NCBI GenBank assembly: GCA_044892525.1
Contig: CM097887.1
Span: forward strand, 120,878,397-120,942,396
Source of the DNA: Schmidtea polychroa
Lineage: Eukaryota
Direction: 5' to 3'
DNA: 64,000 nucleotides
Part shown: positions 22,148-36,176 of the stretch, piece after piece
Numbering within the stretch: position 1 is the stretch's first letter
Layout: each line of letters opens with the position of its first letter
Position numbers and translations under genes: made by a program
The notes under the pieces: model-generated
Told to the model about the DNA's origin: nothing
The model's input: the letters and a program-made list of their open reading frames with translations, nothing else
Databases searched by the model: none

Positions 22148-22800
22148 AAAAAAATCACAACTACAAACAATCTCTACAACAAACGAAACAACAAAACACT
22201 CTAAAGCCCAATTCAAAACAGGAGGAAAATTTAAGCTCAGAAAGACACTCCGAACAACTCACACTCGTCTAAAAAAACCACGAAGACATCTGCATCGAAC
22301 AACGAAAAGAAAGATCACATGAGGAAAATTATTCCAAATCCTCGAACATGATAACTGAATAATCAAAAGTAAAATTCCACGTATTTTAAAGTTTTTATGT
22401 TTTGATTTAAAAGCTAAATCTTGTAAAAAACATTTTTTTTCATTTAATTGTCTCGATGTCAATAAATTTTTGTAAATTATGATTTCATTTAAAATAGAGC
22501 ATTTAGGTATAAGATGGGTTGCGACGGCAAGTGACCTGATCGTCTTTTCAATTTTATTTTTTTTTGAAATTAATAAATTGTTTAGCGATAGTAAGATGAA
22601 GTTGGACACAGATATATGCGATGAGGAGTGTAATGTATAGTTATTTTTATTAATATTTTAGTGTTCACTATTAGGAATTGTGAATAGTATGATATAAATT
22701 GCCACCATCTGGGAAATCCAGATTTTCAAAAAAAAACTATATAGCGATAATTTACTATGGTAAATTATCGCTATAGAAAATTTGAAAAAAAAAAATCAAT

Positions 22801-23200
22801 AACCAAATCCAGCAACTAATATTTATTAATTCGGAAGTTGTATTAAATTAAAGAATCAAATCCAGCAACTAATATTTATTAATTCGGAAGTTGTATTAAA
22901 TTAAAGAATCAAATCCAGCAACTAATATTTATTAATTCGGAAATTATACTAAATTAAAGAACCAAATCCGGCAACTAATATTTATTAATTCGTAAGTTAT
23001 ATTAAATTAGAGAACCAAATCCGACAACTAATATTTATTAATTCGGAAGTTATATTAAATTAAAGAACCAAATCCGTCAACTAACATTTATTAATTCTGA
23101 AGTTATATCAAATTAAAGCATCAAATCCGGTAGCTAATGTTTATTAATTTGAAAGTAACACTAAATCAAAGGACGAAATCCCAGTAATCAAGGTTTTTAA
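22801..23200. repeat. 53-bp minisatellite, about 7 copies
   Basis: Unit CAAATCCAGCAACTAATATTTATTAATTCGGAAGTTGTATTAAATTAAAGAAT at 22804, 22857 and onward, decaying rightward. Confidence 0.92.
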
Positions 23201-24510
23201 TTTTGATTAAATAAAAGTACTAGTTCAATATATATTATTGTTTATTATTATTTTTATTTTATTTGTTGTTATCTTATTAGTAAACTCAGCACGCACCCCG
23301 ATTGTCCCATCACATTTTTTATCGGTGACTCTATCGGGTCCTTCAAATCTCTTAACAATAACATAACAAGGAGTATCAGCAATCCGAACGGACAATCAGC
23401 ATCAATTTTACTTAATGATGAGATGATCTGATGACAAGTACCATAGTTTTGGGATTGGGTCTTTGGGTTTTTTAATTTTTTTTATTCTTTTATTTTTATT
23501 TTTAAATGTAATCCTTTCATTAAATCCTATTAAAAAAATTTTTTTAATAATATATTTTTTGACAACGATTGGAATATTTTATCACAAGTTGAGCAAGCAC
23601 TACATATGATGAATATTTCGAATACCCGGGAGTAGTTTATCTACTCCTGGTGGTCTGATGGAAAAGAGAACGAGTGAGGCCGGTAGGCAAAAATGTAGGC
23701 AAAATGTAGCTACAATCCTACAATATTTAAACTGGTAAATATTGAATTGAGATTCTCAAATGTTAATTATCATTTGTCAATAGAAAAATATCAAAATCAG
23801 TTATGCCAATTATTTTTTTGTAGCAGAATTTTATGCGAAAGTAGTAAATTTAACCTGGATTCTTGCCAGATGTAAATAAATATTATCACAAAGAAATTCC
23901 TGGGATTCGTTAAATGTAAAACTAAGTAATTTCCCGTGAATTTTAACCCCGGAAATCCCGGGAGTAACACACTAGATGAGTTAATAAATAATTTGAAAAG
24001 TAACAAAACATCATGGCCGAAAACGTGTGCAAAAAAAGCAATGAAGAAATCCAGCATTATAATGGAAATGGAACTTGTCGTCGTTATGCCTTTTGTAGAA
24101 CTGTGAAAGATACAAAAAGAACTGTATGTGTATACACTGTAAACAGTGTAATATACTTTGTGCGTTTTGTGTTTTGAACCAATTTACAAGAATGGTTATA
24201 AAAAATATAATTAATATTTGTTTAAAATGTTTTGTAATATTTTTTTTTGTAATAAAATTTTGTACAAAATATCTATCTTTTTATTACAAAAAAATTATTT
24301 TTCTAACATGGCGTAAAACAATCCTTAGTCAATATATTAAGCGATGAAATCTTTGATTTTTCTGACGAACTAAGAAATATTTTTATTTTTATTTATCAAA
24401 TTTATTTTATCTAGGCAATAAGTATTTTAAAATATATTAGTTAAAATTCAAATGCCAAAATAATTAATTTGTCCTATAAAGAGTTAATATTTCAATCTAA
24501 TCAGATAGGG

Positions 24511-27002
24511 CATAGATTCCCAACCTGTGGTACGCGTACCACTAGTGGTACGAATTGATAATTTTGGTGGTACGCCAAGAGTTTTGTACTTTTAAAAAAC
24601 TTATATTTTATGCTAAGATAACAAAAAAATTAATCAAGCTATAAATTCGTATATTCTTCTGATAGAACGATACATACCCAACATATTCAGAAAAATATGC
24701 GTAGTTAAAAGAAAAATATTTTTAGTACTAACACGTTCGAACAAATCCAGAAATATACTATTAGGTTTAGTTTTTATTTTAATTTACAAAGCAAGCTGGG
24801 GTGTGATAAATTTGTATCCATCTTATTAAGAAATAGTCCATAAGTAAATTATTATTTTTTAGATTTTTCAAAAAGAAAAAAATATTTCTATCCGGATTCG
24901 AACCAGCCCCCGAAGTTAAGGTCTTACCAATTTTTTTACCCATTGATAATGAAAAATTTTGCCGATAACAATGAAAATTTAAGTTCATATAGCGAAGAAG
25001 AGGAAATCTTTGAAAAGACAAATTGTGTGCAGAAAAAAAAGCATAAAAAGAAAGAGAAAGTAGCCAGGCTCTATAATCCAGAATACTTAAGCTATGGATT
25101 TTCAATTAAATCTGGCTCAGAGTCTTTTCCGATTCCGCAGTGTGTTATCTGTTTCGAAACTTTATCAAATGGATGCATGAAACCATCACTTTTAAAAAGG
25201 CATTTCTCAACTAAGCATCTGGAACTAAAAGATAGGCCTTCGGAATATTTTCAAAGGAGGGTTGCGGAACTGGGCCTTCAAAAAGCTTTTATGACATCTT
25301 TCAGCAATTTAAACACAAATTATGTTCGGGCTTCATATTTAGCGAGCTTACATATAGCAAAATGTGGAAAGGCACATACAATTGGTGAAACTTTATTGCT
25401 GCCTGTTGCTAAAGATATCGTAAGATCAGTATTTGGCGAAAATTCAGCGAAGGAAATCGAAAAAATCTCATTGTCGAACAACACGGTAAAGTCACGAATA
25501 GACGATATGGCAAATCAGATAGAAAAAATTTTAATCTGCAGATTAAAAGACTGTTGGTTTTTTTCTTTGCAGCTTGACGAAAGTACCGACGTTTCAAATT
25601 TGGCTCAATTACTTGTCTATGTTCGATTTGATTTTATGAACGAAATACACGAAGAAATGCTTTTTTGTAAACCTTTGAAAATGAGAACAACATCTAATGA
25701 AATTTTTAACATACTTACTGGTTACTTTGCTGAAAATGAAATAGACTGGAATAAATGTGTAGGGATTTGCACACATGGTGCTCGAGCCATGATTGGAAGC
25801 TTATCTGGGGTAGTTACAAGAATTAAAGAAGTTGCCGTTATGTATTTCTACGCATTGTATAATTCATCGTGAATCTTTGGCGGCAAAAAATATGCCCGAT
25901 CCCTTGATAACAGTTCTAAACGAAGCCGTAAAAAAGATAAATTTCATAAAGTCTCGAGCACTTAATTCCCGATTATTTTCAATTCTATGCAGTGAGATGG
26001 GAAGTGACCATACCACACTGTTGCTGCATACTGAAGTCCGGTGGCTTTCAAAAGGAAAAGTTTTAAGTCGACTATTTGAATTGCGAAATGAGGTAAAAAT
26101 CTTTCTTAAAACTTCCCAAGAGCGAAACGATATTAATTTTACAAATGAAATTTGGTTGTCTAGGCTTGCATACTTATCAGATATTTTTGCTAGGCTGAAT
26201 GAATTAAATTTAAGCTTACAAGGCGCAAACAATTCGGTGTTTGATCTCAACGACAAGATATTAGCATTTAAGAGAAAATTAAGATTAATATTGCAACAGA
26301 TTGAAAAAGGAGATATTTCAATGCTTTTTTCTTTAAGCGCCTTTGTTGATGAAAACAAAATTTCTGTTTCTGAGCAAGTATTGGCCGATATTAATCAACA
26401 TATCATATCCATGTTACAATCCTTTGAAAAGTATTTCCCGGAAAACGTTATTTCTCAAAATTGGATTCGAAATCTCTTCGCATTCCAATTTGATATCCCA
26501 GATAATGTTAATGATAAGGAATCTTTTATTGATCTAATTAGCGATGGCAATTTAAAAATTAAATTCAGTAACTCTAATTTGTGCTCATTTTGGCTTTCCA
26601 TTCGTAAAGAATATCCTGAATTGTCAAGTCAAGCTATTAAATTTTTAATGACATTTAGTACTACGTATTTGTGTGAAACTGGATTTTCAACCATGTCAGC
26701 GATAAAAAATAAATACAGATCATTGCTTAGTATAGAATCTGATCTTCGTCTCAAATTGTCGAAAATTTCACCAGATATTTCCATGTTAGTTAGGAATAAA
26801 CAAGCTCAACCATCTCACTAAATAAAAAAAAATATTATGAGCAAAAAATTTTTAGTTTTTTTGTTTGATTTTTTTTCTTAACCACAAAAGAAATTTTTTA
26901 TATATAAAATGCTAGATTTAAAATAAGCCCCCCAAATTTTTTACGTGGTACTCAAAAATTATTTTTAGTGGTACGAAACCCAAAAAAGGTTGGGAACCGC
27001 TG
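24511..27002 (+). mobile_element. Full-length hAT (Buster/Charlie, SCAND3/ZBED8-like) DNA transposon
   Basis: TIRs CATAGATTCCCAACC and GGTTGGGAACCGCTG; perfect 8-bp TSD AGATAGGG (24503-24510, 27003-27010). Confidence 0.95.
24943..26821 (+). pseudogene. hAT Buster transposase, frameshifted near 25,835; second catalytic Asp replaced by His
   Basis: BED finger PQCVICFE..LKRH, SLQLDESTD, CTHGARAM (canonical CTDGA), THCIIHRE, HTEVRWLS, TYLCETGFS, split over two ORFs. Confidence 0.93.
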
Positions 27003-30000
27003 AGATAGGGTTTTAAACTTTTTAAACTTTTTAGTTGTCATGGTCTTGTTAGAACTCATTCTAAAGTCCTCTATGGTACTGATTTTATAGCTATTTGAAT
27101 GTTTCTGAAGGTTCATGGATTTTTTAAAAATTTTTTTTAATCGATAGGGAATTATTAAAGGTGTGGGATTAAAAATAAAACTTTTAATTTTTGTACTTTT
27201 TAAACTAATTTTGCCAGTTGGGGGATTATTAGAGAGTCAGGAATTATTAGAGGGTCTAGAGTATATGAATTGAGATTTATAACCCGGAAAAGCATGTCAT
27301 TGAATATTTTGGAGTTTTGATTTTGAGATTATAGTATTTTTGAATTATAGTATTCAGTATAATTAATTTTTGCTTGCCTCATTTTATATAGTTATTATAT
27401 ACATATCAACGATTTATCTTAGTATTCTTTGATTCAATTTACAGTTTTAAACAATTTTGTATTTAACGTATCTCCTATCTAAATTGAGTGTTGAGTAGTG
27501 CAATAAAGTAAAACTCAAATGTAGTTTTCATTTTCTTTAAAAAATAGATAAGCAGTTTCAGAAATTTAAAATGAAATTTGTGCTAGAAAAATTAATAATT
27601 TGTTTACGTACTGTAATTTTGATTTAGCCATCCGAATACCAGCGAACTAGAAAAACCGACAAGTTAGATATCCATATGTCCGAAAGGCCAGATGTTTGCC
27701 AACCACCAAGTGTCATTGACCTAGAAGCTTGTTTGATTATGCACAATATTTACAAATGCTAAACAGATAACTCAAAAATGCCGCTACTATAAAGAACGAA
27801 CCGTCCTCAGGAAAAGGAGTCACACGCTGGGGCTAATTGTCTCACACCACTGAACTAATAAGATTGGATCGAGATGGATGGAGAACGGTCGTTCTATTAT
27901 TCCTAATATATCCCCTCTTAAAGTTTATTCCCAGCGGGTAAATCGAAATGTTGATACCTTTGGTCGGGTGTGCTAATTTAACTAAATTTAAAATAAATAG
28001 ATAAAATAACCTTATAATTAATATATAATGAGTGCAAATACTTCTTTAAAATTTTTAGCAACAACAGACAGGTGGTGGAAATTAATTTTCTTTAATGCCT
28101 ACCTCAGCTATTATTCCTATTCTCAGTTAATTGACTGCTCATAGTGGTCACTCAATGCTTTTAAATTGATATTGATTTAAGCTTGTTTAATCATTCTGTC
28201 TCTGATGACTATTTCATCTCAATTTATATTAATATTTTATTTATAAATAATATCTTCTATTATATAAATTACTATATTCAGTACATAATTTAAATATAGT
28301 AAATTTATACTATTTCTATTTTAAGCTACCATTTTATCAATCTCAACCCCAACAATAAAATTAATAGAGATATTTACAATAGATACACCAATAAATACAT
28401 TAGAGTTTATTGAGAAAGACAAATTATGTTCAGATTCGTCGGTATCACTCACACCATCAAGACGGTTGTTGATTTGTTGAATATCAGATTCAGCAAAACG
28501 AATTTGTGATGCAGATAGTTCGATCTTGGTGAAACTACAGCGCTGTAGATTGGAGAGATATGAATTACAATCGTTGAAATCTATTTTCATTTGATAAACA
28601 TACATTTCATACATTACTTGCTGAGAAACTAGTTCTTCAGATTGTGAGTAATGCATTTCTATTCTCTTTTTGAGCAGTTGAAAAAACGTGTCGAAATAAT
28701 ATTAAAACAAAAAATAACACTTTGTTATTTTTAATAACGTATTTGTAATTTTTGAAGTTAAATAATTTAAAAAATTAATAAAATGAACATTTTTCAGACA
28801 CTACTACTAGATACTCATTTTTTATTGTAGGCTTTCATATAAAACCCTTGATCTCAATTCAATAATAGAAACCAGTATTTAAATATTTCAATGCATAATA
28901 AAGTATACACATTACAAGTTAAATTTAGATAATTGTTAGTATGTTCTTATCATTTGCTAAATATTCTAAACCAGTAGTTCCTAAACTGAGGGGACTCCGA
29001 AGAGATGTTTAGTGTAAATGTTTTGTATAAAATTTTAAAAATACAAATCACTTAGATTTTCCATTAATGACCTACCCTCGGCAAATAATTTATTTTAAGA
29101 GCAATCTTTTATTTGATAAATGATGAAAAAGCAAAGATCCCTAAGGAGCAAATGTATTGCAGAGATTTCCGGATATCAATGGCAACCATATCCCACTGTT
29201 TCACCGATGGTCTAAAGACTAATAATTCCTTATACGACTACTTACAAGTGTGATTCAGCATTTAAGTATACACTTGTTTGTATAAAAAAAATCCAGAAAC
29301 AGATTAGAAGTAGCAAATGATGTGACTTTATGAAAAACCAAACCAGGCATTTACGCACTGATTCAGACAAACAAATACATATATCATATTAACATTTTAT
29401 TATATATTTCATGATTAGCAATTTCAATTTTCAAAATAAAAAATTTCAATTTAAAATTTTAAGGGAACTCCGAGCCATCAAGAAACACTAGGGATCTTCA
29501 TTCAAGAAATTTTGAAAAGTTTGGTAAGCGTTATTTATTTGGTAATAGATTAATAGCTAATTATAACAAAATATAATATTGACGAATATTTAGTCTTAAT
29601 AATCTAATAATACTAATAATATTTCACGTAAATGTTTTATAAATAAAATATAATACTGAATAAATAATTTAATATTTATATTTAATTGAAATTAATATAA
29701 TATCTAGCATCTCCTTTCGGTTTAAAATCGTACCCTTCATATCTCAGTCTATAGCTTCTATTATGTATTTTTTTGACAATTTAAAATGGTCGCGAATATT
29801 TTTCTTCTTTTGAACAGATGTTAATCTTAACTAAAACTTTTTCAACAACTTAGAAATTTTGTTATACTCGATCCTCATCTTTGTATTTGTGCTTATCTAA
29901 TATCATTATCTCACAAGAAAATCTTATCTACATTTGGCTCCTATTCCCTTGTCAGTTTAAATCCAAAATACACCTCTGCCAAAATTTTAGTATTCTGAAT

Positions 30001-30539
30001 AGTTGTGTTCATTGTAAATTTAATTTCGGACAAAATCTTCATCCAATTTTCACCCTCTACACCACCTTGTACCTCTACAACATCTTATCCCAATTACAAT
30101 TCTCCAACAAAAAAATCACTATAATCATGCGAATGCCAATTAATCTATTGACAATGTCAACCAACAGAAAATTACAAAATCAAATACAAGTACCCATTCC
30201 CAATGTCCCAATATCAAACCAATATCAATGTTTTGCTCTGTATTTTCCATAGCTAGTCTATGGGTACAACCAAGAGCACGTTTAACGCTTGAGCATCGGC
30301 ACAGCGTTTGGAGGAACAGACTTAACAGCTTTAGAATACTGAAGGGTTGAGAATTTCTCCCCTTATGCCGTAACTGGCCGTTGTATTAGAATAATAAAAC
30401 TTTGAATTTTTTAGACACAGCTGGTGATATTGTCAATGAATATATTCCTAGATTTTATTTGTCCAATTACATTGAATCGGCCTAGAAGGAGACGGCCTCG
30501 GCCCTCAGTGAGGATGTCATCTTATTAAAAATCATTTGC

Positions 30540-31194
30540 GACTACCTCGTCCCGTGGTAGAGTTACGGGAGGGATGACACGCGGACGTAGCCAGAGCGGC
30601 TGCTCGAGCGTCGGCTTCCGCCTGTCAAAGGCGCTTTCTCCGTGTTCATTCGGAACGAGACAGTTGATGTATGTTAGGTCGAATGGGTGCAGTTTGAGGC
30701 ACTTGCATTGGTGCAGTTGAAGTGGACGGGCCAGGAGCTGAACTGATCCCGGTGAAAATAACTTCCGGTGCGGGTGGAGTTCTCGGTGTTACTGTGTACC
30801 CTACGCAAGCCTGACATCAAGATATGATATGTCCTTCCGCCAGATTATAGGCGGAGTAAATGTTTGTTTCGTTCGCTAATGGGAATTCTCTGATTCTAGA
30901 TCTAATCTCTTTGTCAGTGTAGATTTGGTGTAAAGCTGATGCCTGCTATTTGATTAACATTCGCTGCGCTCGGTTCTCTTCCAATAAGTTGTCGCTGGAA
31001 TGCTCCACACGTAGGAGCTTCTTGTTTGCCTCCTTCATTTGGAAGGGGTAAACCAAATCGCCCCTAAATGATCGATTTTCTGTCTCAATAATCTAATTTC
31101 TTCCCGACATCTGCTCAGTTTCACATTCTTATCGGCGCAAGAGAAGCAAAGTTTTAACACTGCTTTCGGAGTGACAGGAGTGGTGATATTCTAG
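30540..31194 (-). pseudogene. Unknown repeat-borne ORF family, copy 2 (degraded)
   Basis: Reverse strand reads VLKLCFSCADKNVK..WFTP/QMKEANKKLLRVEH..IK*Q; downstream DNA matches 63,790-63,880. Confidence 0.75.
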
Positions 31195-32059
31195 AAACAT
31201 ATAATTCTATGAAAACAAACGCAGTACAAGTTCGATTACAATTGGACTGCAGTCAATTTCTAAACAATTCTAAACAATTAAACAAGGAATGAAATAAAGA
31301 ATCGACCAGGTCTGGTGATGATAGAACTTTTTAGCATCCATATTATTGAAGTTTTTGTCTTATGCGTGAGTTATTATAATTATCTAAATTTCAGGCGGTC
31401 TTCCCAATCATACTTTTATCATGTAGGATTTAGTTCGATTACAAAATGACTCTATCAAGATGTTTAAATGTTCCTTAATGATTCGTTGCACTGGTGATTT
31501 AATCCATTTATACTCAGGGTCGGTGGTTAAAGGAAAGTTAACAGTAATTTATGTTACTCAAGATGTTATTTGTTCCACTATATTTTATCAACTTTCAATG
31601 TTTGAATATTAAATTTTATCTATAAATTTTAACACAGAATCGATTTTTGAATTAATATTCATTTTTATGTGATTTCACCTGATCTAGCGAGAAACTTACT
31701 CTCGCAGTTAAGAAAATTCCGTCACAGTTGACTGTTATAATGCACGGAGGCCACTAGATTTTTAAATTATTGATTAACTGTAGTCTTTAGTTACTGACTC
31801 TCTATATGCGGCCAATGGTTATTTTATTGATTCACCAATACTAAGTGGACTTTAGGGCTTGCGAGACGATTCGGAAAAGATTATAATTAATGGAAGGCAG
31901 TTAACAAAATTTTTTTATTAAATACATTATTCGCAGCAAAAGGCTTAAATTATCACTTAATTGTTTTAGATTAAATTTATGTATATTATTATTATTATAT
32001 CATACGCAAAGAAACGTAAAAGAAATTACTATAATGTTCCAAAATGTTCCGAATGGAAT

Positions 32060-32648
32060 AAACTGGGCTATAGTTGAAAATTTACGAATTAAGTTTCTAT
32101 CAATGAATGTTATCTGAAATTGAAAATTGAGATGATTTTACTATGAAATTGAAATAATGAAAGATGAAAATGTCTGCTGAGGTGGTTGCTTATATAGTTT
32201 TTTGGGTTCTGAACCAGCCAATAAGGATAGACTAGTATGTAATTTTATTGTATTTATTTTTAGGTATTGTTATTTTTCAATTAAAACATTTTAATTGGTT
32301 TAAATTCATTTTACTTTTATTTAATTAATTTTTATTTTTATTATATTTTTAATTTCGTGATTTTGATTGTTTGGTTTATCGCTTTCGTCCGCCATCTTTA
32401 TTTAGAGGCGTTCTCTGTTTTATGTGTCATTTTAGTGATTATTTTGATTTAATGCTCCTATCACATGTTTCTTGTGCAACTTCTTGTGACTTTCTCATTT
32501 TATTCCTTGTTTTTACTTAATTTCCCTCATGTTATATTTTTATTTTGTTTTATTTGGTGTTTTTATTATTATTTTAATTAACTTTGTGTTTTTTATTTTC
32601 TATGTTCCTACTCTCAGTCGACTTTTCATCTTTGTTATTTTTTACTAA
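32060..32648 (-). repeat. LTR-like promoter repeat; paralog of the sequence interrupted by element B
   Basis: Reverse complement aligns with 55127-55564 joined to 61744-61830 and contains GTTC only once. Confidence 0.8.
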
Positions 32649-32749
32649 TTAAGACAAACAAAAAAAATTTCTTCTAGTCTAACATATTGTTCAAGTACAA
32701 GATCATATGCAGTCACTTTCAGTGGTTTTTAATCTTCACAGGACCGACG

Positions 32750-33397
32750 CCGAAAAATATTTTAACACTAGCATACCAACTAAATATTGAACTAACTCTA
32801 CCTCGACAGTTGTAACAAACAGAAACATCGAAGTAATCCTGGATAATCAACTGTAGAAAACTATTTTCGACAAACTATATTTGTACCATATTTAGAATCA
32901 ATAATTAATTCTTTGAAATGTCGTTTGTCTGAAAATAATACTGCGCAATTCAATATGTTTGCACTCCACCCAAATTAAATTCATAAGATCAATCGTCAAA
33001 CCTATGCAGAAAAAATTGCTGCGGTAAATTATACATAAGAAATCGAAAATTTCGAAAATGAAGCAATGGCATGTTACGATATGTATTCTACATCAGCAAG
33101 TTTAGGTTCAAGTAATTTGGAATTTCTCAGTTTGATATCAAAAACTGACTTCTTTCCATCATTTTGTTCGGCAATTTTGATATTATTAACATTGCCTACA
33201 ACAACCTGTATAGTAGAGGTCTTTTAGTACACTACGAAGGGTCAAAACTTGGGTGAGATCGACTATGTCTGATGACCGTTTATCTGGTCTATGTATGTTA
33301 AGTGTACACAGAGAAAAAATTAATAACAAAGAAAAATTTATGGAGTGTAATTAATGAGTTTGCTACTGACCGAAAAAGGCTTCAATTATTATTCTAA
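32750..33397 (+). pseudogene. hAT (THAP12/PRKRIR-like) transposase C-terminal relic
   Basis: NYFRQTIFVPYLESIINSLKCRL and LLTLPTTTC..SFSTLRRVKTWVRSTMSDDRLSGLCMLSVHRE. Confidence 0.8.
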
Positions 33398-34263
33398 TAA
33401 AAATTACTCCCTCTGTCCAAAAATGATAGTCCAGTTTGACAACTGGACTAATATGCAACTGGAGGGAGTATAATGTAAAATAATTTCTAATAAAAACTTA
33501 TTTACTTACTTTAAACGATAATTTTTAATTTCTTACAAATTCTTATTTTATAATGTGAAATTCATATAGAAGTTATCGGTATGTTCCACATTAATGCTCT
33601 CTGTGTCCCAAATTGTGTAAAGTAATGTATTTGTAAGATTCTTGGTTTATTGAACATAAAGTCTTAAAAGTTTTAACCCAGTAAACTTGATTCTATCGAG
33701 TACCTTTTCAATTCGTTTTAGATGATTTTCCTTATTTTTACAAAATATTAAAATATCATCTAAATAAACAATTGTTTATTTATTAGTATAACATTATTAC
33801 TGTTAAATAAAATATTATTGACTACTTTTATTATTATGACTACTTTTTATAAATTCTTTTAAATTTATTACTACATTTAGGTTGAAAATTATCAATATTA
33901 AATAAATTATTACCGATTATCGCATTGCTCAAATCATCTCATCCATTGAAGGAACTTTTATTTTTGGTTATCCTGGCATTTCAGTTAAGTCATTACTGTC
34001 GTCATATCATGTATGTTACCGTATCGAATTACTGTTATCTGATTACATCGTAGCTACTGATTGTCTACTTCCAAAACTTTCTGATCTCTAGTTTTCCCTT
34101 TTCCCCTGCCCTGAAAAATAAAAATTACCTCTCGTGTCTCTGAATTAGTATTTCAGTGTCATCTTTTATAACAATGAGATAATGACAAATTTTGGCATTC
34201 ATTTCTAAAGTGTCCTTTACATACCCAACAAACTTGCTGACGACAATTTGAGTTTTCACATTC

Positions 34264-34548
34264 TCAATTAAAATGTCTTTTTTGCACGCAAGAGTAACAA
34301 ATTAGCGCTCTTTTCTTTTTGCATTCTCTGCTTCTATGACCAATTTTCTTACAATGATAACATATGTTCTTTTTAAATAAATCTTCAACTGAAATGTTAT
34401 TGCATTTGAAATTCATTAAATTCTTAGATTTTTGTTCACTAGATTGAACTTCTCCATTGAGATTCGAATCAATTCTATTACATTTTGCATGAAGAATTGG
34501 ATTACGTCGATATTTTAACCAAGATAAATTTCTACAATGAGCAAACAT
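34264..34548 (-). pseudogene. Gag-like CCHC zinc-knuckle remnant
   Basis: CYHCKKIGHRSREC followed by a degenerate CYSCVQKRH. Confidence 0.45.
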
Positions 34549-35623
34549 GATACATCATCCATGGTCCTATGTTTCAATTGAAACTATTAAACATTGTTTT
34601 TGTAAGGCGGGATTCTTATAAAATGAATATTTGAGTACTGGAGAAACGACAATTGAAGCGATTGAAGATGAATTATTGAAAATTGAAAACGATTTTCTAC
34701 CTGAAGAATCGCAGAGGATTCTGCTACATTTATTATCAGCGAAGCCAATAATTATGTTATCGAAGATTTTGATGCAATAAAGGAGGAATTTTTTTGCTAT
34801 TCGACTAACAATGAAGTAATTATGGCAGTTGATCTTATGTTGGATGGTATATAATTCTCCAAAATGCGTTTGCATATTAAAGTCAATAATTGATGAGATA
34901 ATACTCGAAGGACAATCTAGGAAGTCTAAATTAACAGACTTTATGAATAAAATAATTGGCATAATTTTTGAATCTCTTATGTGAACATTATTTTTTTAAA
35001 CTAAGTGTTCATATTAAAAACGGGTTGACTGTATTAAATAAATTATTTCATATTAATTTAATATTTATATTAACACTAGGTACTTTAGACATATCAATAC
35101 GTTATGCATTTTTTGTCCGATGTTGCACATGACGCTCTGATACGTCATTGAAATTGCAACAATATTTAACATGTTTATTCAGGTTTGTTTGAGAGAAATT
35201 ATTATTAATCTAAAACAAATATTTTCAGTCTCATTGACCTTGTTTAGGTTAGACAGCTCATAATGGCAAATATAAATATATTCTATGAAAGTGATAGCGA
35301 CTGTTTTCATGAAAATAGTGAATTTCATCAGCCTGAAGAAAATTCTATTGATTCCTTAATAGTGAATTTCAATGAGAAAATGATTTAGATTCTAGCGCAG
35401 TAGAAAGTGATATTAATTGTGAAATATTACAGAACCGTAAAAGATACTTATAAACCAATGATGGTGAATTATTTGGTGAAGAATTCAATGAATGCATTTG
35501 GGAAGAAAAAGATAAAAAAATTTTTCAATTGTTTTGTAATACTAATTGGCTTCAGTCATCTCAATATATTGTAAGAAGATGGGAGAATACTGAACATTTT
35601 GAAATTGAAATATTATATAGTTG

Positions 35624-35781
35624 NNNNNNNNNNNNNNNNNNNNNNNNNNNNNNNNNNNNNNNNNNNNNNNNNNNNNNNNNNNNNNNNNNNNNNNNNNNNN
35701 NNNNNNNNNNNNNNNNNNNNNNNNNNNNNNNNNNNNNNNNNNNNNNNNNNNNNNNNNNNNNNNNNNNNNNNNNNNNNNNNN
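35624..35781. other. Assembly gap (N run)
   Basis: Ns. Confidence 1.
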
Positions 35782-35925
35782 CTGCGGAGAGAAATTCGAG
35801 ACTTAAATGATGATCTACATCGATTATGACAATTATATTATTCTGATAGCTGTGATTATATATTTTATTTCGATTGATTCATTTTTGGTGAATGATTATA
35901 TTTTGATATTTGGTTTCTTGTTTGT

Positions 35926-36176
35926 GGTATCACGACAAGTGGTTCACTGACTTATGGTTCATCGACAAATGGTTCACGACAATTTGTTCACTATCTTTTC
36001 TCTGTGTTCTCGTAGACTAACTGAAATTTATAAACTGCCTGCCAGCTTAATCTTTAAACTCCTTTTTTTGTCGTGATCACTATTTTCAAATTGTTATTGT
36101 CACACAATAGTGAACCAAATGCCGTGAACCAATTGTCAATGAACTATTTGTCAGTGAACCAGTTGTCGTGGATCCC
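35926..36176. mobile_element. MITE with about 68-bp internally repetitive TIRs (Mutator-like)
   Basis: GGTATCACGACAAGTGGTTCACTGAC.. is inverted to ..GTCAGTGAACCAGTTGTCGTGGATCCC; no clean TSD. Confidence 0.7.

Noticed and set aside
22150-22400. LINE ORF1-like fragment, sharing ATCAAAAGTAAAATTCC with about 52600 (KSKIPPFFV)
   Set aside because: Only a 17-nt match and one weak motif; not enough to call.
23790-24487. Possible piggyBac 3' relic (Cys-rich CKQCNILC; ends AAAGAGTTAA)
   Set aside because: Too degraded to establish catalytic motifs or a matching TIR.
28321-28656. 111-aa minus-strand ORF with a GTGAGT donor as a host exon
   Set aside because: No acceptor AG found, no recognisable homology and no partner exons.
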